Shown here: piece after piece, positions 45,972 to 55,619 of the stretch | Layout: every line of letters starts with the position of its first letter | Position numbering within the stretch: the first letter of the stretch is position 1 | Source: a bacterium | GTDB lineage: Bacteria; Patescibacteriota; Doudnabacteria; UBA920 | Length of the DNA stretch: 64,000 nt | Direction of reading: 5' to 3' | NCBI GenBank assembly: GCA_021825655.1 | Contig: JAKAGU010000002.1 | Span: 13,129-77,128 of the forward strand | Position numbers and translations under genes: made by a program | The notes under the pieces: generated by a model | The model's database searches: none | Seen by the model: the letters and a program-made list of their open reading frames with translations, nothing else | Told to the model about the DNA's origin: nothing

Positions 45972-47213
45972 TTATACCAGGCCGATTTCCTTAATCCGGC
46001 CAAACCCTACCGAATCCTGAAAAGCCTCTTTGGCCTTGAGTACGGGTGCCCGGCAAACCGTAAATCCGCCGTATTTGCCGTTGATCTCATCCAAGGCCTG
46101 GGCCAGGCGGCGTTCCTTATCTTCCCGGCCGAACAAGTCGCCCTGCAGCCCGGCTTGCCCCAGCCCTCCAATGCTTACGCCAATCAGCTTGGCGCGAATC
46201 CCCGCCGCACCCAAACCGTCCAAAATCCTCCGGCTTTGGATAAAAATTTCGCGGCCCTCCCAAAGCGGGAAGCTAAAACGGGCTGACCTGCCCAGCCATT
46301 TGTCCTCCGCCGTATGGACATACACGGACAAAACCCGCCCGGACAACCATTTTTTCCGCAAGCGCCTGGCTACCATTTCCGACAGCTTATAAAGCACAGG
46401 GTCCAAATATTCCGGCGTGCGGTATTCTTTGGGCAAAGTGTACATGTGCCCGATGGATTTAGCCTCCAGGTCCTCTTTCACCTCTGGGCTGAAAGAACCC
46501 TCTAGTTGGCCCAAATTATACAAATGATAGCCGGGCAAACCAAACAGCGCCACCAGCCGGCTCCGTGGATACTGCCGCAGCGCGGACAGGGAGGTAATAC
46601 CCAAGGCGCGCAACCGCTTCTCGGTTCGGTAGCCAATACCCGGAATATCCAGCAGCTGCAGGGAATCATAAAGCTTCGGCTTGTCCTCCGGCCTGACTAT
46701 GGTCAGGCCGTCGGGTTTTTTCAGATCAGACGCAATCTTAGCCAACAGCTTATTTTGGGCAATTCCAATGCTGCAAGTCAGGTACTCGCCCATTAGTCGC
46801 CTCATTTTTTGTTTAATTTCCCCGGCCAGGCGCTCCGCTTCCGCAAAAGGCTCCACTGCAAAAGGCCGCCGGACATTGCATACCCTGGTCAGGTCCAAAA
46901 AAACTTCGTCAATGCTATAGCGCTCCACCCGGCCCGTGTATTCGGCCACAATTTTAACCAGCAGCCGATGGTAATGGCGATAACGCTCGGGGCTGGTCTG
47001 GGTCAGGATAATTTTAGGATATATTTTTTTCGCTTCCCACACCGGTGTTCCCGTTTTGATGCCCCATTGCTTTGCCTGGATGCTGGCTGCAATAATGATG
47101 CCGCCCAAATGCTCGCAAACTCCCACAGGCAAACCTCGCCACTCCGGATGGTCCTGCTGCTCCACGGAAGCAAAGTAACTGTTCATATCCAAATGTAATA
47201 TAACCGACTGCAT
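45972..47213 (-). CDS. dinB: Y-family DNA polymerase IV
   Basis: HLDMNSYFASVEQ, AAS..AK.WGIKTG, YSIDE, SIGIA.NKLLAKIASD.KKPDG, IPGIG. Confidence 0.93.
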   Translation of the reverse strand: MQSVILHLDMNSYFASVEQQDHPEWRGLPVGVCEHLGGIIIAASIQAKQWGIKTGTPVWEAKKIYPKIILTQTSPERYRHYHRLLVKIVAEYTGRVERYSIDEVFLDLTRVCNVRRPFAVEPFAEAERLAGEIKQKMRRLMGEYLTCSIGIAQNKLLAKIASDLKKPDGLTIVRPEDKPKLYDSLQLLDIPGIGYRTEKRLRALGITSLSALRQYPRSRLVALFGLPGYHLYNLGQLEGSFSPEVKEDLEAKSIGHMYTLPKEYRTPEYLDPVLYKLSEMVARRLRKKWLSGRVLSVYVHTAEDKWLGRSARFSFPLWEGREIFIQSRRILDGLGAAGIRAKLIGVSIGGLGQAGLQGDLFGREDKERRLAQALDEINGKYGGFTVCRAPVLKAKEAFQDSVGFGRIKEIGLV

Positions 47214-47288
47214 GTTGGGTATACTTTCGTTCACCTTATATCCTTATAATAAAACCGCCTGGGGGCGGTTGTCAAACCCCATATAAGG

Positions 47289-47678
47289 TTAGTGGTGGCC
47301 GGAATGCGCCTGTTCGTGCCGGACGTGGATATGGCGTTTTTTGTGGAAAAAGAAAATGGCAAACATCATAAAAAAATATCCGGCCCAGAGCTGCCACCGG
47401 GCGAACATGCCCAAACCCAAGGCAAAAGCGGTAACCAGCAAGTCTAAAAGAGCATCCAAAACAAACCACAACACCAGCACCATAATGGCTTCCAAAAAAT
47501 TAATCACACCCAGCCTTCTAACCAGAGCTGCGGCAATGACCGCAATCAACAAAAAATATACGTAGTCCCCTACAGCGCCCAGGCCCGCAAACCAGGCAAA
47601 TTTAAAGTAGCCCAGCCTTAAAACCAGGAAAAAAAACCACTGGAAAAAAGTTAGCAGGATAAACCTGGTAAGGGTCAT
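47289..47678 (-). CDS. Four-TM membrane protein
   Basis: RRLGVINFLEA; His-rich C-terminus HKKRHIHVRHEQAHSGHH. Confidence 0.75.
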   Translation of the reverse strand: MTLTRFILLTFFQWFFFLVLRLGYFKFAWFAGLGAVGDYVYFLLIAVIAAALVRRLGVINFLEAIMVLVLWFVLDALLDLLVTAFALGLGMFARWQLWAGYFFMMFAIFFFHKKRHIHVRHEQAHSGHH

Positions 47679-48163
47679 ACGCTTTTCTTCGGGGCGCGCT
47701 TTTTAACCACCCGCCGCTTAATAACTCTGGGCGTCCGGGGAGCCTTGGCCGCCGCCTTGCTCAGCTGGTCCAGCTCCCAAATTTCTTCCTGGATATTTTC
47801 GGACAACTCGTCGAGTTTTTGGCCCAAGTCTTCGCGCTTTAATTCCTGCCGGCGCAGGCCGGCCAGATGGCTGAGAAAACCGCCATGAATTTTAGATTCA
47901 TAAACTTTATCGTACCAGTACGAACCCACCCAAATGCCGTACCAAGCCCCCAGCATCAGCACCAAAATCAAAGTTAGATAGTCCCACGCCAAAAACTGCA
48001 GATAGTTCAAGCCCAAAAAACCCTCCGCTGCGTTAAAGTAAATGCCGGCCATGACAAAAAACACGACTACGCGATGCAATATCAAAAATAGCAGCATCCC
48101 CAGCAGGGCGCTTAAAAAAATATAGGTCGGCCTTCTCATACCGCTAAAATCTCCTTGAGACAT
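47675..48163 (-). CDS. Membrane protein with coiled coil and basic tail
   Basis: Two TMs, WYDKVYE, Lys/Arg-rich C-terminus; follows mreB. Confidence 0.75.
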   Translation of the reverse strand: MSQGDFSGMRRPTYIFLSALLGMLLFLILHRVVVFFVMAGIYFNAAEGFLGLNYLQFLAWDYLTLILVLMLGAWYGIWVGSYWYDKVYESKIHGGFLSHLAGLRRQELKREDLGQKLDELSENIQEEIWELDQLSKAAAKAPRTPRVIKRRVVKKRAPKKSV

Positions 48164-48241
48164 ATTTTTGTTTTATTTCTAAAGAACTTTCTTTTTTTTA
48201 TTGTAGAACAGCGGAAGCAAAAATGCAAACCGGCAAACCCC

Positions 48242-49249
48242 CTACTTGACCCCCAGTATGCTTTTTTTATAGCTGTCGAGGTTATCCAGTGCCACCCCCG
48301 TGCCCCGGGCCACGCACAAAAGCGGCTCTTCGGCCACATAACAGGGCACGCCCACGCTATGGGCAATATAGTGGTCGAGGTTTTTGAGCAAAGCCGTACC
48401 GCCGGTTACAACCATGCCCTTATCGATAATGTCGCTAGCCAACTCCGGCGGCGTATCCTGCAATACCGTTTTAACCGCACGGACAATTTCTTGCAGTTCT
48501 TCGCTAATGGCTTCTACGATTTGGTTAGTGCTGACAGTCACGGGCTTGGGCAAACCGCTTATCATGTCCCGACCTTTCACTTCCATCTGCTCTTCCTCGT
48601 TAACCGCCACAGCACTGCCAATGGTAATTTTGATTTCTTCTGCGGTACGCTCGCCGATGGCCAGCCCGTGCTTGCGCCTGACGTAATCGATAATCGCCTG
48701 GTCCAGCTTGTTGCCTGCGGTACGCACTGAAGTCGCGTTTACAATCCCGCCCAAAGACAGGACAGCCACATCCGTGGTGCCACCGCCGATGTCAATCACG
48801 AGGTTGCCTCTGGCTTCCGCAATGGGAATCCCCGCGCCAATGGCCGCGGCCACGGTTTCTTTAATGACGAACGCTGTCTTGGCGCCGGCAGCCACAGCCG
48901 CATCCACCACTGCGCGCCGTTCCGTAGAGGTAATTCCGCCGGGAACAGACACCATCACTTCCGGCCGGAAAAACCTGACCTTGCCCAAAGCTTTGTTGAT
49001 GAAATACCGCAGCATGGCTTCGGTCACCCGATAATCGGCAATTACGCCGTCTTTCATGGGCCGGCTGGCCACAATTGTCTCCGGAGTGCGGCCCAACATT
49101 TCCTTAGCTTCCTGGCCCACCGCCAAAACCCGATTATCAGCCAAAGACACTGCCACTACCGTGGGCTCGTTGATAATAATGCCTTTTTTTGGCATAAAAA
49201 CCAAAGTGTTGGCTGTACCTAAATCTATGCCTATCTTGGTGTCAAACAT
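48242..49249 (-). CDS. mreB: Rod shape-determining protein MreB
   Basis: IGIDLGTANT, DGVIADY, DIGGGTTD, GERTAEEIK, TGG.ALL. Confidence 0.97.
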   Translation of the reverse strand: MFDTKIGIDLGTANTLVFMPKKGIIINEPTVVAVSLADNRVLAVGQEAKEMLGRTPETIVASRPMKDGVIADYRVTEAMLRYFINKALGKVRFFRPEVMVSVPGGITSTERRAVVDAAVAAGAKTAFVIKETVAAAIGAGIPIAEARGNLVIDIGGGTTDVAVLSLGGIVNATSVRTAGNKLDQAIIDYVRRKHGLAIGERTAEEIKITIGSAVAVNEEEQMEVKGRDMISGLPKPVTVSTNQIVEAISEELQEIVRAVKTVLQDTPPELASDIIDKGMVVTGGTALLKNLDHYIAHSVGVPCYVAEEPLLCVARGTGVALDNLDSYKKSILGVK

Positions 49250-49343
49250 CTGAAAATCCCGTTATTTTTGCTGTCGTTAGTCTATTATATCAAGACTTGG
49301 CCATTTGAAACAAGCCTCTAAAATAGGCTATACTATAGGAAAT

Positions 49344-50636
49344 ATGACAAAAAAATCACGCTATTTGATTCTTGCCGCTTGCATTGTTTTTTTTATTTTG
49401 GCCGCGCCGGCTGTCTTGCTCTATGTCAGAGGCATTGCTTACGACCCGGCTACGGGTGACTTTTATAACACTGGTATTCTGGCCGTCAAATGCGATCCCA
49501 AAGATATAATGATAAAACTTGACGGTAAGCTTTACCAGACGGGAGCCGGCACCCTGCGCTTTCTCAAGCCCAGAGAGTACGAAGTCTCGCTTGAAAAGCC
49601 GGGCTACCTAACCTGGTCAAAACGCCTGTCCGTAGACGAAGGCCGGGTGACGTGGGCGAACCCGGCAGGGCAAAATATTATTCTCTTTTTTGACCAGGCA
49701 AAACAGCAAGTGCTCAGCGAAGCGGCTACCGCTTTTCTGGAAACTGGCGGCGAAATTTTCTACACCACCCCCCAAGAGCTGGTTACCACTTCCCTAAGCT
49801 CGCCCGACAAAACAGCCTCCTATCCCCTGCCCGCGCCTGCCGTGGATCTGTCTATGGTGCCCGGCGGGCAGACACTGGCTGTCAAAACTCAAGCTACCAG
49901 CACGCCTTGGCTGCTCTTTGACAGCTCACAGAATTTTTTTCTGCCGGCAAGTCAGTCGCTGGACGCAGGTGACCAGCTTAAATACCAAGATAACAACACC
50001 CTTTATGTTATCAAGCCTGCCGGATTGTTCGCGGTCAACCTGAAAACCGGCAAAAGCACGGCCGTGCTCGCGTATGTCAAGGATCTTTTATATGAAGGCG
50101 GTTATTATTACTACTTAGCGAGCACGAGCAGCGGCTTATCGCTGTATTCCACTCCTGCCCTGGACCAGCCGGGCACCCTGCTCACCGCGGACCTGCCCAC
50201 AGCCGAAACTACCCGCATAATTATAAACGCCCAAAAACAAGCTTACATTCTGCTGGACCATAGCTTGTACCTCATAGCCAGCCAGCCCACGCTCGTGGCT
50301 GAGGGCATAAAAAGCTTGAGACTCAACCCGGACAAGGACACTCTGGCTCTGGTCAATGATTCCGAATTTTTGCGGCTAAATTCCGGCTCCAGCCGGCCAG
50401 ACCTGGTCAGCCGCAGCTTATTTCCCATCACCAACGGCATAATCTTGCCCGATTACGGCAACGGCTTTTTGGTAAAAGACAAGCAAATTCTAGCAGAAGA
50501 GTTGGATGCCCGCGATCACCAGAATGAATTTGTATTATACTCGGGACTAAAAACCCCCAGCTTCACCATCAGTGATGACGCCAGAAAACTGGTGGTGCTC
50601 GACGGCAACCAGTTAAAAATCCTGACTATTCGCTGA
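49344..50636 (+). CDS. PEGA-domain membrane-anchored protein with propeller-like C-terminus
   Basis: TM, TG.L.V...P....I.LDG, L.P.EY.V.LEKPGY..W.K.L.V. Confidence 0.8.
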   Translation: MTKKSRYLILAACIVFFILAAPAVLLYVRGIAYDPATGDFYNTGILAVKCDPKDIMIKLDGKLYQTGAGTLRFLKPREYEVSLEKPGYLTWSKRLSVDEGRVTWANPAGQNIILFFDQAKQQVLSEAATAFLETGGEIFYTTPQELVTTSLSSPDKTASYPLPAPAVDLSMVPGGQTLAVKTQATSTPWLLFDSSQNFFLPASQSLDAGDQLKYQDNNTLYVIKPAGLFAVNLKTGKSTAVLAYVKDLLYEGGYYYYLASTSSGLSLYSTPALDQPGTLLTADLPTAETTRIIINAQKQAYILLDHSLYLIASQPTLVAEGIKSLRLNPDKDTLALVNDSEFLRLNSGSSRPDLVSRSLFPITNGIILPDYGNGFLVKDKQILAEELDARDHQNEFVLYSGLKTPSFTISDDARKLVVLDGNQLKILTIR

Positions 50637-51042
50637 GCGGCTGAAGACTGTCAATCGCCTCATTGACCAACCGGTCAGCTGCCTTGTTTTTTTCCCTGGG
50701 CACGTGGCAATACGTAATTTTACGAAATTGGTTAGACAATGCCAAAACCTGCCTGGCCAGAACCTGCAAGCCAGGTTCTTTTATTTTGTACTGGCCCTGC
50801 ATCTGGCGCACTACCAGCTGCGAGTCCATGTTAATCAAAAGCTCCTTAAACCCCAAGGCCCCAGCTTCCTTTAAAGCCAAAAGCAAAGCTTTGTACTCAG
50901 CCACATTATTGGTCGCTTCGCCGATATAAGCCTTAAATTCGTAAAGAATTTTTCCATCCGGAGCGGTAAAAACAGCCCCGATCCCGGCTGGCCCGGGATT
51001 GCCTCTGGCTCCGCCGTCGGTATTGATAATCGCGCTATCCAT
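50626..51042 (-). CDS. rnhA: Ribonuclease HI
   Basis: TDGGARGNPGPAG, TNNVAEY, DSQLVV.Q..G.YK, HVPREKN..AD.L.N. Confidence 0.93.
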   Translation of the reverse strand: MDSAIINTDGGARGNPGPAGIGAVFTAPDGKILYEFKAYIGEATNNVAEYKALLLALKEAGALGFKELLINMDSQLVVRQMQGQYKIKEPGLQVLARQVLALSNQFRKITYCHVPREKNKAADRLVNEAIDSLQPLSE

Positions 51043-52759
51043 TGAATTGCTGGTTAATTCTCATTTCAACGATTTTTAATTTCAGCCGCTGCCCGTTCCA
51101 CTCCTCCCGAAGCAGTTCGGCAGTTGCGTCTACAGTATCGCCAACTTTTAATTTTTTAGCAATGCCGGCAGCATTGAACATAATGCCGGGCACTTCGGTC
51201 TTACCCAAAAGCAATTTTGCTTGCATGTGCTGCCCCGCCGCGCCCACCAGCCTGAGGCTTAAAATTACCAGTCCTTTTATTAAAAATTGCGGTCTGGGGT
51301 TTGCGGTGCCGAATGGTTCAAAAAGTTCAATTTGTGCAGCCGTCTCAAGGTTTAAATCCGCTTCCCCAAGCTCCGCTTCCAGCCAGGCAACAGCCTCCGA
51401 AGCGTTTGCCTCCTGCCGGCCGGCTTCGGTTACCAAGACTTTATAAAACTCTTCCAAATTCCGGTTAGGCAGAGTCAACCCGGCCGCCTGCTTATGTCCG
51501 CCGAATTTGGACAAGAGGTGCGCCGCGGGTTTTAGGGCCGCAATTAAATCGAACTCCCCGGCCGTGCGCGCGGAGCCGGTCGACTCCTCCTCGCCTTGCT
51601 CCAAAACCAGCACCGGTTTATGAAATTCTTCCGCCAGTCGGCCCGCCACCAGACCGACAACGCCTTTAGGCCAACCGGGCTTGTAGAGCAACAAAATCGG
51701 CCGGTGGCTCTGCAGCAAGGCCTGCTCCCGCGTTTCGCCCAAAACCACCTGGGTTAAATTTTGCCGGCGCTGGTTGATTTCGTTTAAAGCCGCGGCTTTT
51801 TGCTGGGCCGCGACTGCATCGTCTTCCAAAAGCAGGTCCAATGCCACGCCCGCATGCTCCAGCCGGCCCGCAGCGTTGAGCCGCGGCGCGAGCACAAAAC
51901 CCAGAGTGTAAGTATCCGGGGCTTTTTGGGCAAAATCCAGCCCGGCGGCCGCAGAGAGCGCCCGCAGGCCGGGCCAGCGCGTTTTAGCCAAAACCTTCAG
52001 CCCATACTTCACAAGCACCCGATTTTCGCCCAGCAGGCTGTGGCAGTCGGCCACAGTGCCGATCGCCACTAAATCCAAGAGCCATTTCTCCCAGCCCGGA
52101 ACATAATCTTTGGCAAATTTTTTTGCCTTATCGTCCGACACTAACGCTTGGGCCAGCCTGAACGCCACGCCCACGCCGGTCAGTTCGCGGTAAGGATATT
52201 GGTCGTCGGAATTTTTAGGGTTGATTAGGGCCAGAGCGAAAGGCTTGTCGCCGATAATCTCATGGTGGTCGGTGATAATAAAATCCATGCCCAGTTTTTT
52301 GCACGAGTCAGCGGCATCGCAGGAGTTTGTCCCGCAGTCCACGGTAATTACCAGCCGGGTACCGGCCAAGGCCAGTTTTTCAATGGCCTGCAGGTTAACG
52401 CCGTAGCCTTCGGTAAACCGGTCGGGAATATAGCTGTCAGCCTCCGCGCCCAAATGCCGCAATGTGCGCAGCAGCACGGCAGAAGCCGTCACCGCGTCAG
52501 CGTCATAGTCGCCGTATACGGTTATTTTTTCTCTGGCTTCTATGGCCTGCCATATCCGCGCCACCGCCTTGGCCATATCCTGAAACAAAAAGGGACTGGT
52601 TTGTCCCTCGTATTCTGCCTGCAAAAACTGCCGGGCCTGCTCAGGCTCGGCCAGGCCGCGCCGGTAAAGCATTTGCCGGGTCAGCGGCTGGAGTTCTGCC
52701 AGCCGCTCCGAAACCGCCTCAGGTATGGTATCCCAAACTTTCCAAATTTTTTCCATCAT
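51035..52759 (-). CDS. recJ: ssDNA exonuclease RecJ
   Basis: YGDYDAD, PDRFTEGYG, TVDCG, TDHH, GTVAD, PRLNAAGR, GSAR, GGHKQAAG. Confidence 0.96.
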   Translation of the reverse strand: MMEKIWKVWDTIPEAVSERLAELQPLTRQMLYRRGLAEPEQARQFLQAEYEGQTSPFLFQDMAKAVARIWQAIEAREKITVYGDYDADAVTASAVLLRTLRHLGAEADSYIPDRFTEGYGVNLQAIEKLALAGTRLVITVDCGTNSCDAADSCKKLGMDFIITDHHEIIGDKPFALALINPKNSDDQYPYRELTGVGVAFRLAQALVSDDKAKKFAKDYVPGWEKWLLDLVAIGTVADCHSLLGENRVLVKYGLKVLAKTRWPGLRALSAAAGLDFAQKAPDTYTLGFVLAPRLNAAGRLEHAGVALDLLLEDDAVAAQQKAAALNEINQRRQNLTQVVLGETREQALLQSHRPILLLYKPGWPKGVVGLVAGRLAEEFHKPVLVLEQGEEESTGSARTAGEFDLIAALKPAAHLLSKFGGHKQAAGLTLPNRNLEEFYKVLVTEAGRQEANASEAVAWLEAELGEADLNLETAAQIELFEPFGTANPRPQFLIKGLVILSLRLVGAAGQHMQAKLLLGKTEVPGIMFNAAGIAKKLKVGDTVDATAELLREEWNGQRLKLKIVEMRINQQFNG

Positions 52760-54376
52760 CTAGTTCTTAACCGGTATTTCATCAAAACTGCCGAGCAGGC
52801 TGACCCCGGTCATTTCATTAGGCTTGTCCAAACCGAACAGCTCCAAGACCGTGGGCGCAATATCGGAAACTACGCCGGCGGGCACTTTACTGGACAGGGA
52901 AGCAAAACTTCCGCCCGCTGCACGCTTAAACTTAAACTCATTTGCCAGCAGTAAAAACGGCACGGGATTGGTCGTGTGATCCTTATCAATGTCTCCGGTG
53001 CGGGTGTTAATCATCTGCTCCGCATTACCGTGATCGGCTGTAATAATCATAGCCGCGTCCGCTGCCATAGCCGCGTCCGCCACCCTTTTCATGCATTTGT
53101 CGATAAAACTCACGGCTTCAATCGTGGCCGCAAGACTCCCCGTGTGCCCCACCATATCCGGATTGGCGTAGTTGGCCACAAAAAAATTAGTTTCGGTTTT
53201 GGCAATCTTGTCCACCAGGGCATCGGTCAGCTTGCCTGCTGACATTTCCGGGTGATCCACATAATTGCGCCCGTTTTCAGGGCTGGTTACTATTGTCCAT
53301 TCTTCGCCTAAAGCCCGCTCCGTCCGTCCGCAGTTAAAAAAGGCCGTCACGTGCGCATACTTCTCGCTCTCTGCCACATGAAATTGGGTATACTTGGACT
53401 CCGCCAAAATTTCCGACAAATAATTTTTCAGGTTAATGGACGGAAAGGCCACGTGGACCGGCAGCCCCGGCTTATATTCGGTCATGGTCACAAAATATAA
53501 ATTCTGCAGCGGCCGTTCCAACGCCTTGTCCGGCAAGGGCGGCGGCATGACAAAAGCTTCCGTCAGTTGTATGGCCCGGTCAGAACGGAAATTTATGAAC
53601 ACCACGGCGTCGTTATCGGAAATCTTGGCCACTGGCTGGCCGTCTTCCCTGAGAATAACCGTCGGCTCAATCATTTCATCAAACACCTGGCTGGCATAAC
53701 TGGACTCAATGCACGCTTCGGGAGAGTGGGAGGTTTTACCTTCCCCTTTTACCAGGGCGTTATAGGTCTGTGCGGTTTGATTCCAGTGACCGCCCCGGTC
53801 CATGGCATAAAAACGGCCGGTAATGGTCGCCACGCGGCCTACCCCAATTTCTAAAATCTTTTCATTTAGCTTTTTCAGGGATTCCAGCGCCACTTTGGGT
53901 TCCGTATCCCGGCCATCGGTAAACATGTGAATAAACACCCGGGTAAGGCCCTGCTGTTGGGCCAGGCTAAGTAAAGCATAAACGTGTTCGTCGAGGCTGT
54001 GCACGCCGCCAGGGCTGATCATCCCCATAATATGCAAGCTGGAATTGTTTTGTTTGGAGTGGCTAATTGCGGCCAAAAACTCGGAATTTTTGAAAAAATC
54101 CCCATTCTGGATGGCGTTGGTAATCCGCGGCAAATCCTGCCCCACTATCCTTCCCGCCCCAATATTCAAATGCCCGACTTCGCTATTGCCCATTTCGCCC
54201 CAAGGCAAACCCACCAGGGGCCCGGAGGCCTGCAGGGTGAGACTGGGATAATTGGACACGAAACTGTTAAAGGTTGGGATTTCCGCCTGGGTGATAGCGT
54301 TGCCATGGCCCGCGGGCGCCACGCCAAACCCATCCAAGATAACCAGTACGACTTTTTTGTACTTCTTGTGCTGCAT
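52760..54376 (-). CDS. gpmI: 2,3-bisphosphoglycerate-independent phosphoglycerate mutase
   Basis: ILDGFG, GNSEVGH, DGRD, GRFYAMDR, NFRSDR, ESEKYAHVT, NPDMVGHTG, TADHGN. Confidence 0.96.
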   Translation of the reverse strand: MQHKKYKKVVLVILDGFGVAPAGHGNAITQAEIPTFNSFVSNYPSLTLQASGPLVGLPWGEMGNSEVGHLNIGAGRIVGQDLPRITNAIQNGDFFKNSEFLAAISHSKQNNSSLHIMGMISPGGVHSLDEHVYALLSLAQQQGLTRVFIHMFTDGRDTEPKVALESLKKLNEKILEIGVGRVATITGRFYAMDRGGHWNQTAQTYNALVKGEGKTSHSPEACIESSYASQVFDEMIEPTVILREDGQPVAKISDNDAVVFINFRSDRAIQLTEAFVMPPPLPDKALERPLQNLYFVTMTEYKPGLPVHVAFPSINLKNYLSEILAESKYTQFHVAESEKYAHVTAFFNCGRTERALGEEWTIVTSPENGRNYVDHPEMSAGKLTDALVDKIAKTETNFFVANYANPDMVGHTGSLAATIEAVSFIDKCMKRVADAAMAADAAMIITADHGNAEQMINTRTGDIDKDHTTNPVPFLLLANEFKFKRAAGGSFASLSSKVPAGVVSDIAPTVLELFGLDKPNEMTGVSLLGSFDEIPVKN

Positions 54377-54391
54377 TTAAATCAGTTTGGT

Positions 54392-55615
54392 TTATTTTAA
54401 AACTTCCAGGCCGGGCAATTTTTTGCCGGCCAAATATTCGAGCATGGCCCCGCCGCCCGTAGACACGTGGTCAATATGTTCCAGTTGGTGAGCCATTTTT
54501 ACGGCATCCACGGTTTCCCCGCCGCCGACCACCACATAAGCCTTGCGGCTGGCCACCCCGCCGATAACCCGGGCAAGGGCAACAGTAGCCGTGTGAAAAG
54601 GCTTTTTTTCAAAATAGCCCAGCGGACCGTTCCAAACAATCGTCTTGGCTGTCTTTAAGGCTTGGGCATAGGCCAAGATGGTTTTAGGCCCCACATCATA
54701 GACCGATTCCTGGTTTTTAATCGTGTGGGGCTGGGTTACCCGGATGGTGTCCTTGTCCATTTTGCCGTCAGCCACCACCACATCCATGGGCAGCACGATC
54801 TTGCCCTTGAAGTTCTTCTCCAGCTGCCAGGCGATTTTACGCCCTTTCTCTTCCACTTTGGACTTGCCAATCTCAAAACCCTTGGCGAGGAAAAATAAGT
54901 TGGCCAAACCGCCCGCCAGCAGAATTTTATCAGCCTTCTTTCCCAAATTTTCCAGAGTCTGTACTTTATCGGAAATTTTAATGCCCCCCATAAGCAGCAC
55001 AAAAGGTTTTTTGTTCCGCTTGAAAACTTCGTCCAGGCTCCTAATCTCTTTTTCCAAAAGCAATCCCGCAAAGCTGGGCACATAGCGGGTCACGCTGCCA
55101 ATAGAAGCCACCAGGTGGTGGCATTTGGAAAAATCGTCGTTAACATAGGCGTCCGCCAGCCGGGCCAGTTTTTTGCCGAACATCGCATCGTTTGCCAGCT
55201 CCTTGGCGTAAAATTCCATATTTTCCAGCACCACGACATCTTGTTTGGCCACGGCGGCCAGCTGCTTTTGATGCTTGTCTTCCTGAAAATCTCCCGTATA
55301 AAAAATCAGGTGGGGCCCGGCATCAATCGGCAGCTTGTGGCTGGTCTCAAAAAACTTATAGCCCAATAATTCGGCCAGACGCTGGGCCACGGGCTTAAGG
55401 CTCAACTCTTTAGACTTTTTACCGGCGGGGCGGCCCCGCTTGCCTACGATAATCACCCGGTTGCCCTGGGAAAGCAACAGCTGCACACTGGGCAAAAATG
55501 CGCGCAAGCGAAAGTCGTCCGCCACCGCGGCCAGAGCGGAATCCACGGGGGCATCCAGGCTGCCCCGCACCAGCACAGTCTTGTTTTTCAGTTTTGCGGC
55601 TTTGAGGTATTTCAT
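54392..55615 (-). CDS. pgk: Phosphoglycerate kinase with divergent substrate site
   Basis: PGK fold and position after gap; C-domain GGIKISDK, WNGPLG.FE, GGGET and HVSTGGGAMLE intact; N-domain motifs altered (see findings). Confidence 0.85.
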   Translation of the reverse strand: MKYLKAAKLKNKTVLVRGSLDAPVDSALAAVADDFRLRAFLPSVQLLLSQGNRVIIVGKRGRPAGKKSKELSLKPVAQRLAELLGYKFFETSHKLPIDAGPHLIFYTGDFQEDKHQKQLAAVAKQDVVVLENMEFYAKELANDAMFGKKLARLADAYVNDDFSKCHHLVASIGSVTRYVPSFAGLLLEKEIRSLDEVFKRNKKPFVLLMGGIKISDKVQTLENLGKKADKILLAGGLANLFFLAKGFEIGKSKVEEKGRKIAWQLEKNFKGKIVLPMDVVVADGKMDKDTIRVTQPHTIKNQESVYDVGPKTILAYAQALKTAKTIVWNGPLGYFEKKPFHTATVALARVIGGVASRKAYVVVGGGETVDAVKMAHQLEHIDHVSTGGGAMLEYLAGKKLPGLEVLK

Positions 55616-55619
55616 AAAT

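Noticed and set aside
47252-47270. Palindromic SOS-type operator in the dinB promoter spacer
   Set aside because: AACCGCC-N4-GGCGGTT followed by Ts right after the upstream stop fits a terminator equally well. The nearby GAAC-N4-GTAT is only a partial LexA-like match with no second copy seen.
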